Positions 12,401 to 27,400 are shown, numbered from the stretch's first letter. The stretch is DNA of 64,000 bases from Thalia democratica (GCA_965202585.1 OZ241826.1:88846001-88910000); one strand, 5' to 3'. Made by a program: numbers and translations. The notes: generated by a model not told the origin, from the letters alone.

Positions 12401-15400
12401 GTTTTCATGAGTAATTAAAAAGCCAATAAATATAAGCAATGCTTTAAACTTCACAGTATTCAGACCAGTTACACCAATATATAAGCTTAGAATTTTTTCT
12501 TAATAATTTTTTTCATTTTGTATCTAAAATAACTACAAAATAATTTTTATGCTAAGTTTTTTTTTGTAATTTAAACCTTTTTTTTCTATTTACCTTTTTC
12601 TTATCTTTTACAAATGGTAGAAGAACATTTAAAAAAAAGTTACTTTACAGAGCGACAAGACGTTATGTATGAACTTAAAAATTCGTCAAAAGAAGTTCAA
12701 AACTTAGACAAGTTGATAGAACGGCAAAAACATTTAGCAGAAAATTGTACTAAGCAGATGAAAAAACAAAACAAGCTAATTCATCAAACTTTACAAGACT
12801 CCTTTAAAGTAAATACGAATTTTATGCTTATTTTTATGACTAAGCTAAAATGAAAATTTATCAAAGTAACATCTAGTTTGCAATTATAAATAAATTTTTA
12901 TTTTTTTTTTACCATGCTTTTCAGATATCGGAGTTAAGTTGTCTGTCACCCGCTTGGCAGTTGTTTTTGAACAAAGTTGATGAAATTATTGTTTCCGGAC
13001 TTAAAACAAGCGTCTTTAAGAGTTTGAATTTGTTAAACGAATGTTTCAGTACCGATGAGATCACCAACAAAGTAATTATATTTAAATTAGTTTTCCTTGT
13101 AACGCTCAGTCTGTGAATTGTATCAGGTTTTGTTAAAGTTTGAACTTCCATCAGGTTTTATCTTTTCACACGGATGTGGAACTGAACTCATTTGAAGTTT
13201 CTTTTGAGCCTCATCTTTACGACCTGACGAACAAAATGAGCATTGAACTTGTAATTCAGTCATGGTTGAGTGATTTTAAAGGTCGTTACTCCAACATCAT
13301 GCAGATAAAGGTCTAAAGCTAATCTAAATTACAATGTTAAATTGTTTTAAATCATCTAGTCTTTTTAGTCTGTTTCAAAGCAAATACAAATATATCTTTA
13401 AAACTTATTAATATGTTAATAAGTTGAATATGTTTAATATGTTAACTTCTACGCAATGTTTTTATACTAGGATCCGTCAGAATCGTATGAAGCCGTGTTA
13501 AAGCAAAATGAAGATATTAAAAGTTTAACATCAACAATATTAGAAAATCTGAAAAGAAGTTTTGAGAGCTGCCAAGAAGAACTGATGATTTTCTCCGATT
13601 ACGAGTGTGTTTTTGTTATTTACTTTTAATTTAATGTTTATAATAATACTATTTTTTAATAAATGCTTTTTTCAACATTGCACTAAAAATGAAATCAGTT
13701 AAATTATTACTTTGTAAATCCTCATTTTACTATTAAAATTTAAATTTGTTTTAGTTAAAACTGTTTCTTTTGAGAAAAAAAACTGCTTCAAAATGTAAAA
13801 ATAAATAATTGTTTTGGAATGAAAAGTCTGTAACACACGTAGCTCATGCTTGTAGCTGATCTATAATCTATATTTGTTCTGACAAATCAAAGTAAGTATA
13901 AAGAAACAAACTGCACAAAAACGTTTCTTAGATTCATGTGGAAGAGTGACATGGACGAGTCGTTTGCCGCGTTTCTTTCCGGAAAACCAATTTCAAACCC
14001 GTTGAATAAAAAATACAACAAACATGTCAGAAAACAAGATCTGGCTAGCGTCAGAAGTGTTGCTTTGACTAGCAGGTTACGATTTTAGCTAAATGATCAT
14101 AATATAATTGTTCTAGCACAAAAGATTTTGAAATATTTATGTTGTTTGTTATCATAGTATACAATTTCAGAACAAACTGGTTAAAATATAAATTTTTTGA
14201 CAGCATGACTGTATTTCATATACAAAAAAGTTTCTTTCTATTAAATTACAATTCAAACCACCACTCATATTTCAATGCTCATTTAAACAGTTAGTTATAC
14301 TGGTAAAATTTTAAATTACTCCTCAAAAAAACCTCGAACAGGTCAAAGTTTTCCGACGCGGACGTGGTGGGTCAAGTCGAACGGGAGTTCCTCGCACCCG
14401 AAGAGCATCAAGGAAGGGAAACCCCCAAACGCGAAAGGAGCAGGAAAGCTCGCAGCAGAGGGCTGACTTTGGCGGACTTCGATGACGAGATGAACGTGTT
14501 CAAGCGAGCCATCGGTGACGTCGAAAGCGTGACGTCATCGCTGTCTCACGGCATCGTCATGCTCGACTTCAAACCAATCAAAGACGTCAGTTGTTCCTTT
14601 TTTTTTACTTTACTGTTGTATATAACAATCTACTACGACATATTACCATAACAATAACCAGTGGTAGCACTTATGCAACGGCTGATAGAAATTAAAAAAA
14701 AAATTTAGTTTACATCTCTTAAAAAATACAAAATCAAATTTATAAATTAAGTTTTTATAAACGGTAATTGTGTCAAATTTTATTATTGAGAACTTTATTA
14801 TTGACCATACTTTATTTAGGTACTAGACGTGTATTGTAAAGACTGGCTGTGGAAATATAAAGAGTACCTCACACTAAAGGTAGGTATATTTATTTGTTTG
14901 TATAAAAGTTCATTTTTAACAAAAAGACTAAAATTATACTTGTAACAACTAAAGTAGTGATGTTTTGTTAAAAAATCGAAAACATTACGTACATCTGTAA
15001 GCTGAACTAAAAAGTGTTTAAATTTAGATTCAGCGCTTTGATGTTAAATCTTTTTTGAATAGATACCTGATCAAATATTTTTTAAAGCTTTCTGCATCGT
15101 TGAAATGTTTGGACGACTTTCTGTGTGTAGTGGAGCCCGAGATAGAAGGAATAAGCGGGCTCGAACGTAAAACAAGCGAACTGATGAAGATGATGAACTT
15201 GTTCAACCGTGTCAAAACAAAACAGAACGATTTTGAAGCCAAGTGCTTATTTTACTTACTTTGTTATCAATAGAAAAAGTTTTGCACTATTCAAAATAGT
15301 CTTTTGCTTACAGTTGCATAAACTCTAACAGATTCACTGTGATGAAAAAAACCGTAGAGTTGTTGAATAAGTATGACTATTTTCTTCCGAACGAGCTGAT

Positions 15401-18400
15401 GGATCTTTTTGAGAAAGCTCCTGAGAGGTGGAGCAGTCTGAAGACTAAAGTTTCACTCGCAAAACAGCGGTTGGGTCCGACGGTTCAGGTAGCAAACTTT
15501 ACCATGTATTAAAAAAACTATCAATTTTGAAAATGTACTCATAGAAGTTTATCAAGTATTAATAAAATATTTTTTTTTAGTTTTAGTTAGTGCGATAGCA
15601 TACCTGCAAATAGTACTTAAAAATTTGTTTAAAATTGATTGGAAAAGGTTCAGACTAAAACTGAGAGAACTGCTGTAAAATTAAAAGCTCTTTGTTTCTG
15701 TAAATGTATGCAGTTTACTAGAGCATTTTTTTTTTACCAATTAATTTAAAGTCATCTTAAAATTTATTCGTAATAACCTTATTTATTAAATAAAATAAGT
15801 ACTAAAAAATTTAATCCAAGCTTTTTTGTCTAAATTTTTGATAGCCATGTTGATCACAACAGGAAGAAGCAGGCACCATTGCGAAAGACTTGTTGATCTT
15901 CGCGGAAAAGATGAAAGACACGTACTTGGAGTTTCACTCGTGCCAAGTGTTTCAGAGGGAGTGCACTCACGAAAACGCTAACAATTTGATCGATCATTTC
16001 GACGAGGTTACAAACGAGTTGAAGAAAGAAGCTCAAGACCTAAAACAACTTCAGGTTGGATAAAAGCTGTGTATTGTCTTCAAATTATAAAAATGAACAA
16101 AATATTGTTTTATTTAAACATTTAAAATTCCGAAGCACAAACCTAAGTTTATAGCTGAAAGAGCTAATTACTAACACATTTTAATAGATTAAAAAATTGT
16201 CAAACAGCCGAATTTTTAAAAAGTTCATGTAAATAACTAAAGTTACTTGTAGTGTTTTAAGTATGTAAAAAACATGTCAAAACTAAAAGGTATCGTCAGT
16301 AACAAAGTTTGAATACAAACTTATACTTTCAGTAAGTCGTTTAGTCAAAAACAAAAAATCAGGAGCTTCTCAGCAAGAGCGTCGTGGACTTCCACACTCT
16401 GTCGCGGCAGATCCACGACTTGAAGATGCTGAAGAGCTTGTGGAAGTACAAAAAGATGATTGAAGACCAGCAGCAAGATTGGATGGATAAAGCGTGGCAG
16501 GATATTGAGGAGAAAAGCTTGGAGGAAGTCACGGTAAGGCAGGAAGGCATTGTGACGTCATTACCAGTCGGAGTGAGTTTTAGATAAATAAATATTGATG
16601 GGAATATATAAAGATAAATATATAGATTTTAAATGCATCTGTAATTATGGTTTATTTCCTTGCAAAACTTTAGAAGTTATTTTTCTATGAAAAGTTATGT
16701 TTACATTTATATGTGGTAAGGAGTATAAGAAAGAACTTTTGAAATATATTTTGCGTTTTTTATTGATAATTAAATTCAACTAAAGGTGAAAACATGGGAC
16801 GTGTTCACTGGTGTGTTGGAGTCAATAGAAATTTTGAAAAAGTACGTCTTTTTGCTCAAGAACTTTAAGAATCCAACTTTACGAAGGCGCCATTGGAATC
16901 AGATCCTCAGAGCTATTGGTATAGTATTCATTTTGTATATTTTTTTTACCTATCAATCTACATGAGTTGGTGATGTTAGATATACTGTAAACATGATCTT
17001 TTGTAGTGTGTTTATGAAATAAGACTCATTGAAACGGACAATAGATGTAAATTTTGATTAATATTATGTTTAACATTTTCATTTATAATGTTAAGGAGAA
17101 GAAGACTTTTCGTCGGAAGAAGGTCTAAACAGAGAAAAATTACGAAAATTAACATTGGGCGAACTAGTTGATTTCGGAATACACGATTTTAGTGACGAAA
17201 TAAACAATATTGTCATACAGGCTGAAAAAGGTAGAAGACTATATTTTAAATAAAGAAATTTGAATATCATAACCAATAAATTTCTATTCCTAAAAATTAA
17301 AGCTCGATATTCTAAGTAATGAGTAAACTGTTTTTTTCTAACATTAATTAAATCGTTGTTCAATATTTTGACGTAGTATAATAGTTTGAGTTCATGATTT
17401 TTTTCAAATTTCATAAAAATAATTGAGGTTGAGAATAATTTCCTACTTAAAATTTTACAGAGTTGAAAATAGAAAACTTGTTGAAAAACGTCGAAGAAAA
17501 GTGGTTGAGCAAAATGTTTAACTTGGAGGAACATGTCAAAAACTTTGAAAACATTTACGAAAACTTTGAAATTAACAAACAGAATAAGCAGTCAGAAACA
17601 AACAGCAGGTAACAAAATAAGTTGACTTGTTTTAGTTAAACCATTTACTTTATATTGAACGATTTTTTTAATTTGTTGAAAATAGGTATGTTTAACAAAC
17701 TTGTATTGAAATGTAAAAATAAAATACTTGTAATAAATTTTTAGAGTCTCTTACATTTACAGACAACAACTAAAACGACTTTATTTACAAATAACTAAAC
17801 GTGTTTTAGACACACGAAATAGTTTAGAATTTTTAAATAAAAACCTTGTTTCATTGAAGTATTTTGTATAGTACAATTTTGAAATTTTTCTACTATTAAT
17901 AAAAAACACTGAAACAAAATACTAAAACAAAAATAAAGACTTTTACAAAATATTATAAGATTGTTGTTATTAAAACAAAAATAAAGTACAGTAGGGGATG
18001 TTTGGGTTTTAAAATGCCATTTGAAAAAGATGCACCTTTTAAAGAGATAAAACAAAAATGTTGTTTTTATCAGGTTCAGTCACAGCAAACAAAGGTTCTT
18101 CAGCAAATCTTCAACATCCGCTTCTCAATCAAGAGCTTTTACCTCCAGTGAGAACTCGAACGTTCTCGATGACAAGGGACCCGTGCATCTGCTGCGTGAT
18201 TGTGACGTAATAATAAGCGAGCTTGAACATCACCAAGTTTGTAAAAAAGCAATTTTCTATTTTAAATTTGTTCAAATTTTAAATATCTTAATCCGGAAAA
18301 TGATATTTTTTTAAAAAAGAAGAACTTTTATTTTTAGATTTAATTTATTTTTTTTTGTGATGGAGCAGTTTCAAATATCTCTACTTTAAAATTTACGGAT

Positions 18401-21400
18401 AGAACTAACTCACTAGTTTTATTAAAATCATATTTAGCCAAAAAAGGATTAATCTTTAAAGACCACTAAAAAAATTATCTGAACCTAAAGAAGCAAACTG
18501 TTTTCACAGATAGAGCTGGCCAACATAAAATCCGGCTCGTCGCTGGTCGGTTCGTTCCAGGATGACGTCACTAAATGGCGCAGCACTTTGCAGACGATCG
18601 AGGTCGTGGTTGGAATGTTGGTGAAGGTTCAGCGAAAGTGGGTCAAGTTGGACGATGTTTACTCGAGTGAGTTTGCTTGCAAATAAATAGTAAAAAAGAT
18701 ATTTAAGGTTTATAGAAAAAATGTTATATGCTACCATGTTTTACCTTAGTGAGTTGCTTAGATAGAGCTTATTTTGTGGAAACAACTAACAAGTTTTAAA
18801 ACACACTCAGCTATGAAGTATTTAAACTTTTTTCACAGAAATGTTTATCTTAAATTTTGGTAGTGGTTAAAAGGGTTGCCACTTAAATAATAACATTTTA
18901 AAACGACTTTTTAAAACCTTATTTTTACTTAAACTTGTGAAAAACGCACTGAAAATATAATTGGTAGCTTGTGTAAAACTATAAAGTGCTGAGCAAAATA
19001 TTTTTTAGGCTCCGAAATACGAACTGCTCTTCCGAAAGAAGCCAATGTATTTGCAATTTTGAGTAAAGATTTTGTGTTGCTAATGAAGGAAGCAGATAAG
19101 AAAAACAACGTTCTTAAAATTTGCACAAAAAAAGGTTTTGGATTTTCAGTTTTCTTTGTTTAATAATAACTGAGAATAAAAATGAAATGATTTTATAACC
19201 ATAAAAAACTTTTTGTTTTGAATAAAATTTTGTTTTTTGAAACTTGTTATCCTAACATATTAGTTTAAAATTAGATAGTTTTAAACATAAGCTGTACTAT
19301 ATAATTGAAATTAAGTGACCAATTGCTTTTGTTACACAAATCTACACTCAGTATTCACCTAGATTAAATACAAAAATCAGCACTAAAAGTTTTACAAATC
19401 TTTTATAAAGTTAATCGTGTTTCCATTCAGGTCTGAAGTCAATGCTGAAAAATATGCTTGAAAAGATAGAGTATTGCGAGGAAGCGTTGCTTAGCAACAT
19501 GGATAAACACCGGAGAAGGTTTCCTCTGTTTTACTTCCTCTCAAATGAAGACGTTCTTCAAATTGTTGCTTACAGCTACCACCTGCCGTTTGTTAACAAG
19601 TAGGTTTTTGTTTAAACGCTTTTATTGCTGAACAATTTGTTTATACGTGTTTAGAGTCAGAATATTCTATTGCTCAATTTAATTTTTCAAGCATCAAAAG
19701 AGTTCTGTTGTAAATAAACATTTTAATGAGGCAATTCCAAATTCAGAAGTCTATTTTTAACACTGTGTTACATGTTTTGTAAGTATTTTAAAGTTTTTTT
19801 AGGAATGTCATATGCAACAATCGAAATCGTATTATTAAGAAAATGAAATTTTTATTTCTTTTTTGTATAAGTTTTCCTAAAACTTGTTTAACGGTCTAAG
19901 TTCTACAGTAAAGCCACAATAAAAGTTTCACTAACGTCATACTTTTTGTTTTTCATTACAGATATCTACACAAAGTGTTCTTGCACATGGGAGAACTTTT
20001 GTACGAAAAAGTCGACGATGACGTCAGCGAACCTGGTGTTACGTTACAAAGGTACAAAGTGACCGGAGTAAGGAGTTTTTGCGGGGAAATAACCGAAGTA
20101 GAAGATGTTGAGTACGAAAGTGGCGCCGTTTCTTTGTGGCTTTCGAAACTGCAAGCCTGCATCAGCAACGATATTCAGGTTGAAATAAATAGCTAAGTTT
20201 TTTTTTTGTTATACCGTGTTTCTTATCATTAAGATTATTTTATTTTTTTCCATATTTTCTATCATAAAATCAAAACTTTTGGGTCAAAACTGTTAAAAGT
20301 TTAAATTTTTAGAGCTTTCAAATCTTTTTTTTCTTTTTTATAGATATATACCTCGAAAAATTGCTTAGAAAGTCTTTTGTTATAACTTGCTTACATAAAA
20401 AATGTATGCAATACTAATCAGTAATTATAATTAATTTACATAAAATAACTAACAGTAAAAGCTTTATAATATTATGTCAATACTAGTCACAAAACGTACT
20501 AGATAAAATCTAACGTACTCACTTAGTTCAAAATAATTGAAAGTATTGAACAGTTTGTTCTGTCTTAGCAATATAAATGACACCACAGGAAAAACTTCAC
20601 GTGGCACTGGGTTACGAAAGAAGGTCGGCGCAGATCGAACAAACGGTGAAAAGCGCGGGAGCTTCGAGAATAAGGATCAGCAGACCGTCGAGTGCAGTGA
20701 AGCATGAAAGCAGACCTTCGTCAGCCAATCAAAACGAAACATCAAAATCAAGACTGTCGTCAGCATCTAGTATTAGGAAATCATCTACACAAGTAAGCAT
20801 AATAAATGCCTCAAAACAAATTAAAATATCTTAAAGAGCAATTAAAAATAAATTTTATTAAAGTAGGTTTTGTTTAAGAACTTTTACCTGTTTTGTCGTG
20901 ACTTTTTGACATTAAAAAAACAAATGATTTAAAAAATAAACATTATAAACTCTAGGACACAGACAACAAGTTATCAAAGTGTGTTAGCGCATCACTAAGA
21001 CAAGCAATTTCAACAAAAGATATTTCATGGACTCTTGACAACAGCACCCAAGTCGTTTTACTTGCTACTAAAATCAAGGTAGGCTCACTCTAAGTTATTG
21101 TAATGTGATGTTTAAAGTTGGTATCGTTAAATAAGTACCTTTTTACAAAAAAAAAATTACTAAAGACTACAAAAAAAAAACAAAATGTTTTTCTCAAATG
21201 TCTTGAACAACTTTTTCGCATAAATTTCAAACAATTTCTACCACATTACGACGTCTTAAATAATACTTTATTCTTCCATTTTAGATGAACAAGCTGACAG
21301 AAAGAGCAGTAAGAACAAGTATGAACTCAGTTGATCAGGGAAATGAAATACTGAAAGTGAAACTCGCAGTTGAGAAATCTTTAAAAGCTGCTGTCATCAT

Positions 21401-24400
21401 GCTTAAGGTTTATATTTAAATTACTAGGAACATGTAATATTATTGATTGAGCAACACCTTAAGAATAACTTTGAATTAAGTACATTGATGTAGTAACTAG
21501 TAAGTAATTTTAAAACTTGTTTTTTATTTATTAATAATTTAACTATCGACTAAAAGAAAAACAATCATTATAGTGTAAAACTATTTATTAATGAAAACCA
21601 ACCTCAGAGTATATTTATTTTTACAATATACGGGTCAATCAAAACGTATATGAAGCTTATAGAGCACAAAGTTTTGTCGACTAGTTACAACACTCGTAAA
21701 CCTTTTTTTTACAATTTAGGGAATTGAAAGCGAAAAAAGTTCAAGAGTGAGTAGTGCGAAAGCAAGTACAAAAGAAGAGGCTGAAGAAAACATCGTAAAT
21801 TATGTAGATGAAGCTAAATCGTTTACGTCGCTCGAGTTGGTATAAGTTTGTTTGCTATTTTTACCGTTTGTACACTAATTGAAAAAAAGACTTTAACTAG
21901 GATTAAAGCAGTCTTTATTAAAAATTATATTGTTTTTGATAAAAAATATAATTTTACATATTTAGTCATTACTTCAGTGTAGAAAAGTTAGTTTTAAGCT
22001 TTAATGTCAATATTTTCATTCACTCAGGTCATCATCTCTCTCAGAAAGTGACTTGTCAATTTACGATGCTGACAAACATGACATGCCTGAAGGTAAAAAT
22101 AAGTTGCTAATTGAGAATTTTCATATTAAACTCATACATTATAAAAATTAATTCATATTTAAAATTTAACAGAACCCGAGAAAAATGAACATCCAGTAGA
22201 ACAAAAACCACCTCTGAATGAAAAGGTGAATCGAAAATTTGTGAGTAAGGCGAAAAAATGATAAAAACTAGTGTTACAAATTATTATTTTGAAGTAAATA
22301 TAAAAAAAGTTCTGATACAATTTAAATATAGCACTTATGTTCATTTATGAAAAACTTCATACCGATACAAACATTTAGCCTGAAAAAACCGAAGATCAAC
22401 TTTTACTATACCCCCACCAAGTGACGAAGATAACAGCACTAGTGTCACTACTCCTTCAACAAAAAGATATTTGTCACCAACTTGCAGACGTTCTTAAAAG
22501 CTATCCCAGTTGCGGTGACGAGAACAACAATAACGTTCGTTTGCTATTACATACTAGAAACGCAATAATTACTTTGCTTAAATAAAAAATGCTTTTGGCT
22601 TTTATTCATTGTTTATCAATTCCTGTAAGCAAATTTACAAAGTTTTATTCAGTTTTTTAACCTGCATAGTAATATATTCGAATATTGTTACATAAGCATA
22701 CATTACACAATAACAAAAAAGAAAAATGTTTATGATATATTTATAAAAACAAATAAAACTACTTTATTTTGTTTTCATAGTTGTTTGAATGGAGTAGTAA
22801 ACTGAAACACGTCTACGAAAAAGACGAAATGAAAGTTAATGTTTCTTTATTGAATCATTCATTTCAATACGGATTTGATTACCAAGGCTCGGCTGACCGG
22901 TTAGTTTTTTTCATGTAAATTATCACTTACTAAAAAATTATAATGAAACAATGTTCTATGAAATAGATATTATTTTTTGATAACTAGTCAATATAGAGTT
23001 CAATCAGTATTTAGTCATTATCATTTTTTATAAATCATACAAAAACTTTTACTTTTATTTTTCGTTTTACAACACTTAAGTAATCACAACGTAATTTCGT
23101 TTAAAAAAGTTAATTAAATTTTTTTTTTATTTTAATCAAAACATTAATAACAAAATAATAAATGATAAAGAGTTGACTACAATTATGCTACATGTGTTGT
23201 TATGATCAGTTTTACTACATTTAAACAAGTCATAACAAGTTTTAAGTTTTTTACACTTTTAACGTCTTTGCAGGCACACGATGAGTCTTGATTGCGACCG
23301 AGCGATCATATCCATGTGTCAATCGATCAAACTTAACCAGGGGATGTCGGTTTTAAGCAGTAAACTGAACGGCAGAAGCGAACTTGTTGACGAACTCGCG
23401 CTGAATTTGGGTGTGAGTTTGCACTCTGTGCCTTGCACTGCAATTGTCACTTACAACGACATTGGTCAGTTGTTTAAATGTTTTATAAAGTTTGAAGTAT
23501 TATAAAGTTCAAATTAAAACGTGACCTTTTTCAGTAGTTTCACTCAATTTTTTATTAATCATTTTTCTAGTATTGGTAGTTAGAGTTTATATTTTAATGT
23601 AAAAAGTTCTAGTGTGAGTTTGATATTAATGACCAAAAGTAATAAAAATATCTTTATCTTTTTAACAGCATACACTTTTTTTTAATTCTTGAGTAAATAA
23701 ACCTACAAAAGTTTCGGGTTTAATTGTAATCAAAAAATTCTCAGGCAACCTGTTCAAAGGCTTGTCAGAATCGCCCAACAGCTGGCTTCAGTTATCCGGA
23801 GTTGATAAATTATCCGCACACGTCGCTTCCGTGACCTCACAAATCATGACGTCACTGAACAACGCGGTTCGCAGCAAGTCCGATTGCCTCTCGATCCTCG
23901 GTAGTGACGTTTCACTGGTGACGTCACACGCAGTTTGCATAGCAACAACAAACGATTTAAACTTTTTTTCTGAAAATCACTTGCCGAAAGAGTTTCTCGA
24001 TACCTTTAGGTTTTTTTTTTATTTGAATTAAATATACTTTTTGTAGAGGCTTCTAGATTGCATTTTAAACTTAAACTCAAAAAAAGAGTTTTAAAACGCA
24101 TTTTTTTTAAATTTTAGAGTCATTGGGTTTTGCCAGCCAGACATTTCTATTGTTTTGGAAGCTTCCTTGTTGGCTCAAGGATTTACCAATGCAAAACAGA
24201 TTTCTGAAAAACTTGCAATTTTGTTACATCTTACAGATACTATGTTATCAACTTCGACATCCATAGATAATGATACTAGTTTGTAATATAGTTTTACTTT
24301 TTTTTACGAATTTTTTATCTGTAATTTTTTTTTAATTAACTTTGAAACTATTGAATTAACCTTGATATTGCTCCTTATCCTAGAGATAAATGCTTTTTAA

Positions 24401-27400
24401 GCTTCTATTTCAAGTTTTATTTTCTGAAAAAAAAAATTCACATTTTTTTTTAGCAACAAACATATTTTTGGCTTTTATCGTTTTATGGTTTGTATTAAAC
24501 AGTTGAAAAAATATACTAAACGAGAATAACTTCACAGACCAGGAGGCTTCAGTAAACCTTTCTAAAAACCCAAAAATTTTCCCGCCTTCAAACGGAGTCA
24601 ACCCTGTGTTGTCACGTGAATCACTCAAACATGTTGTGAATTGCGCGGGAACTGCGCTTGACGCACTCATGCATGGAAACGAATTTGCAAATCAAAAACC
24701 ACAAAAGTAATTGATATAAGTTTTTTTTTATGTTTATTAGTGCTAAAGTGAAATTAAACTGGCATACTACTTTTCAACAAAGTTAAAGTTTTCTGACTTA
24801 CATTTTAGTATTAAAATAACATTCTTAAAACCTATTAATTTAACAAAAAGCATTGACTTAAACTCTAAGAATTTAAAGGAGTAAAACATAATAATTTTTA
24901 TTGTAAAGTATAAGTATAGCTTCTGTAAGTAAATATCAAAATTTTTATAAATGTTTTTTTATTTGTAGGACTACAATTGACATAGAACACCTGGCAGTGG
25001 CGAGGTCAATAAGAAACCTGACGTCACCAAGTTGTCCTGACAACCACGTCAAGGGTGTCATGGCAACCTTCGTCATGGACCTGTTTGGTGAAGAAATAGA
25101 CTTTGCTATTGATGACGACAATAATGACGTGATTAACACTGAAGTAAGTTTTTTGTTTAAAGATAAATAAATCTATAATGTGTTTTTTATTTGCATAATT
25201 GTATGCATATTGTAAAGTATCACTTATTGATCTTAAGTTTCTACTTTTACTTGTAAAGAAAAATTTTTTACATTAAATTTATAAAACTGAAAGTAAATCT
25301 GAATATTAGACTTATCTTAAAAACATCTTAACCTTTTTATTTTTAATACTTTAAAACAAACTTCTAAAAATTTTATTTAAATATTTATTAATGATTTAAT
25401 TAACTACTATAAATGAATTTCAGGTCAGCTTAAGCAGGGAGAAAATACACGAAAGTAGACATAGAGATTATGACGCAATAGACGACGTAGAACAAGCCAT
25501 CTCAGTTGCAACAAAAATATGCGGTTTCACTGCTTCTAACTCATTCCAATTTAAAAGCGCACAACTACTCGAGGTGTTTATATAATGTTAAAATTTATAA
25601 ATAATTCTTTACCCACTATTTTTAATTTTAAACAGACGCTGAACAGAACATAAGTTTTATGTAACTATTAAACTTATAAAAAATTGCAGACCAAACCGCT
25701 GCTTATTCTCGAAAAAAAGCTTGTAAATAGAAAAAATGCCTAGTTTATGTTTTTGTATATATAAATCGAAAGACTTTTAAGGTTTACATAAGAGTAGGTA
25801 TCATTGCTTGATTTATTACTAATTTTTTACAATTTTGTTTTAAGTTCTTTACTTAGGTAAAAATTTAAGGCCGCAAAATACTTCTTTTATTTCAAAACTT
25901 TTCATACATATGACAAAGACAGGTATGTAGAAAAGTAATGAACACAAATTAGTTGTAACTTTTACTTTTTTGTCTTAAAAGTAAAACATTAATAACTCGG
26001 AACAACTAATTTAAAAGTCCAGTTAGGTAAAAACTTTGTCAACATGCTGCATCGAATTATTATTAATATCATAAACACATTTTGTTTTGAACTGAAAAAA
26101 AAATATACGGTGTGAAACTGTGTAGTTTGTACAATCTGCAACCAAATATCATAACAGGTGTTGGAATCGGTCGGAGCTGCCTTGTTAGTGGGCGGACCGC
26201 AAAGTGGAAAATCTTCCACCGTCAAGGTTTACTGTCAAACGATGCGGGAACTTGGCTACCGTGTGCAATGCAGAAAGGTTTGTTAAAAGATGTTTTCAAA
26301 ACTTTTATGCTTTAAAATCAAAGCTATGGTAGTTTTCAACTGGTTTGTCTGAGTTATGATGAATTTTTAAATATAAGGTTAGTTATGCAGTTCTATAACT
26401 TTTGCTGAAATTACAATAAAAACGTTTAATGAATTTGTGACACTAAGTTTAGCAAAGAAAGGTTAAGAACTTTAAGAAAACTAAAGTCACTTAACCATTA
26501 TCCCTTTTATACAATTTAAAATGTTTACAGTTCTGATGTAATACTGTTCGCATTTTATCCTTTTCGGGCGAACTTTAATTGTTTACGTGTTTAATTTTTT
26601 ACTCAAGTTTTGTTTCAGTTTGGTTATTTAGTTGATGCTGTTCGCAGCTGATTATTCGCCATTGGCTTTTCGTTGCTGTATCTTTGGCAGCAAACTTCCA
26701 GCCGCGTTTTGGCATTTCTTGAAGTATTTGCTCGTAAAAATCAAATGCTCAGTTCGATTTTGGTTTGTTCGTTAAGTTTAGTTTAAACGAACACATATAA
26801 CGTAACTGACTGATGAGTCCTAATAAGGATGAAACCGATCTCAGTCTACCGCAGCTTATGGTCTGATGATCGAATTGCTGCGATCAACCCTTTTGTCAAA
26901 CACATTTAATGTTTACCTTCTTTGATCCTTAATTTCTAAGTCTTTTAAAGAATTATTAGCGCTATCAATTTATGTTTTATGTATTATGTACTTTATTATT
27001 AGTTCTTTTCGCATTTATTAGTTTTAATCACACATTTCACCACCACAGACTCGAGTTAAGTTTAACATTATTATAAGTAGGTTTTTAAACCCTTAGTAAA
27101 TAGAATGTGAGTCATGTTAAACTAGTTGACAAATACAGTTCAAGCACTAACTTGGGATTGTATATTGCATGAATTAAAGCGCACGTTGTATTCTAAACTA
27201 GGCCAGTATCATCATACAAGCAGCACATACCCTAGTTATCGACCCTGATACAAATTAGAACATTTTTTTTGCAGATATACTTGAGCTCTTTTGAAGATCC
27301 AAAGCACCTTATCGGTTATTACAATGAAAACAACGAATGGAAAGATGGTGTTTTGAGAAAAATATTAAAATCTTTTGAGTTTTTACAGGAAAACGACGTA

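Noticed and set aside
17091-18737. Minus-strand ORFs of 147, 86 and 77 aa
   Set aside because: They overlap plus-strand dynein exons or AT-rich intron; the plus strand gives clear linker motifs (e.g. VQRKWVKLDDVY).
20569-20588. Apparent in-frame stop suggesting a pseudogene or stop-codon recoding
   Set aside because: Resolved by the downstream acceptor CACCACAG/20589. Similar apparent stops at 13127 and 24503 are resolved by acceptors at 13155 and 24538.
26863-26890. Third CTGATGA followed by a hairpin, possible tandem hammerhead
   Set aside because: No GAAA/UH elements follow. Other CTGATGA hits (7764, 15181, 29845, 41108) are inside exons without hammerhead stems.
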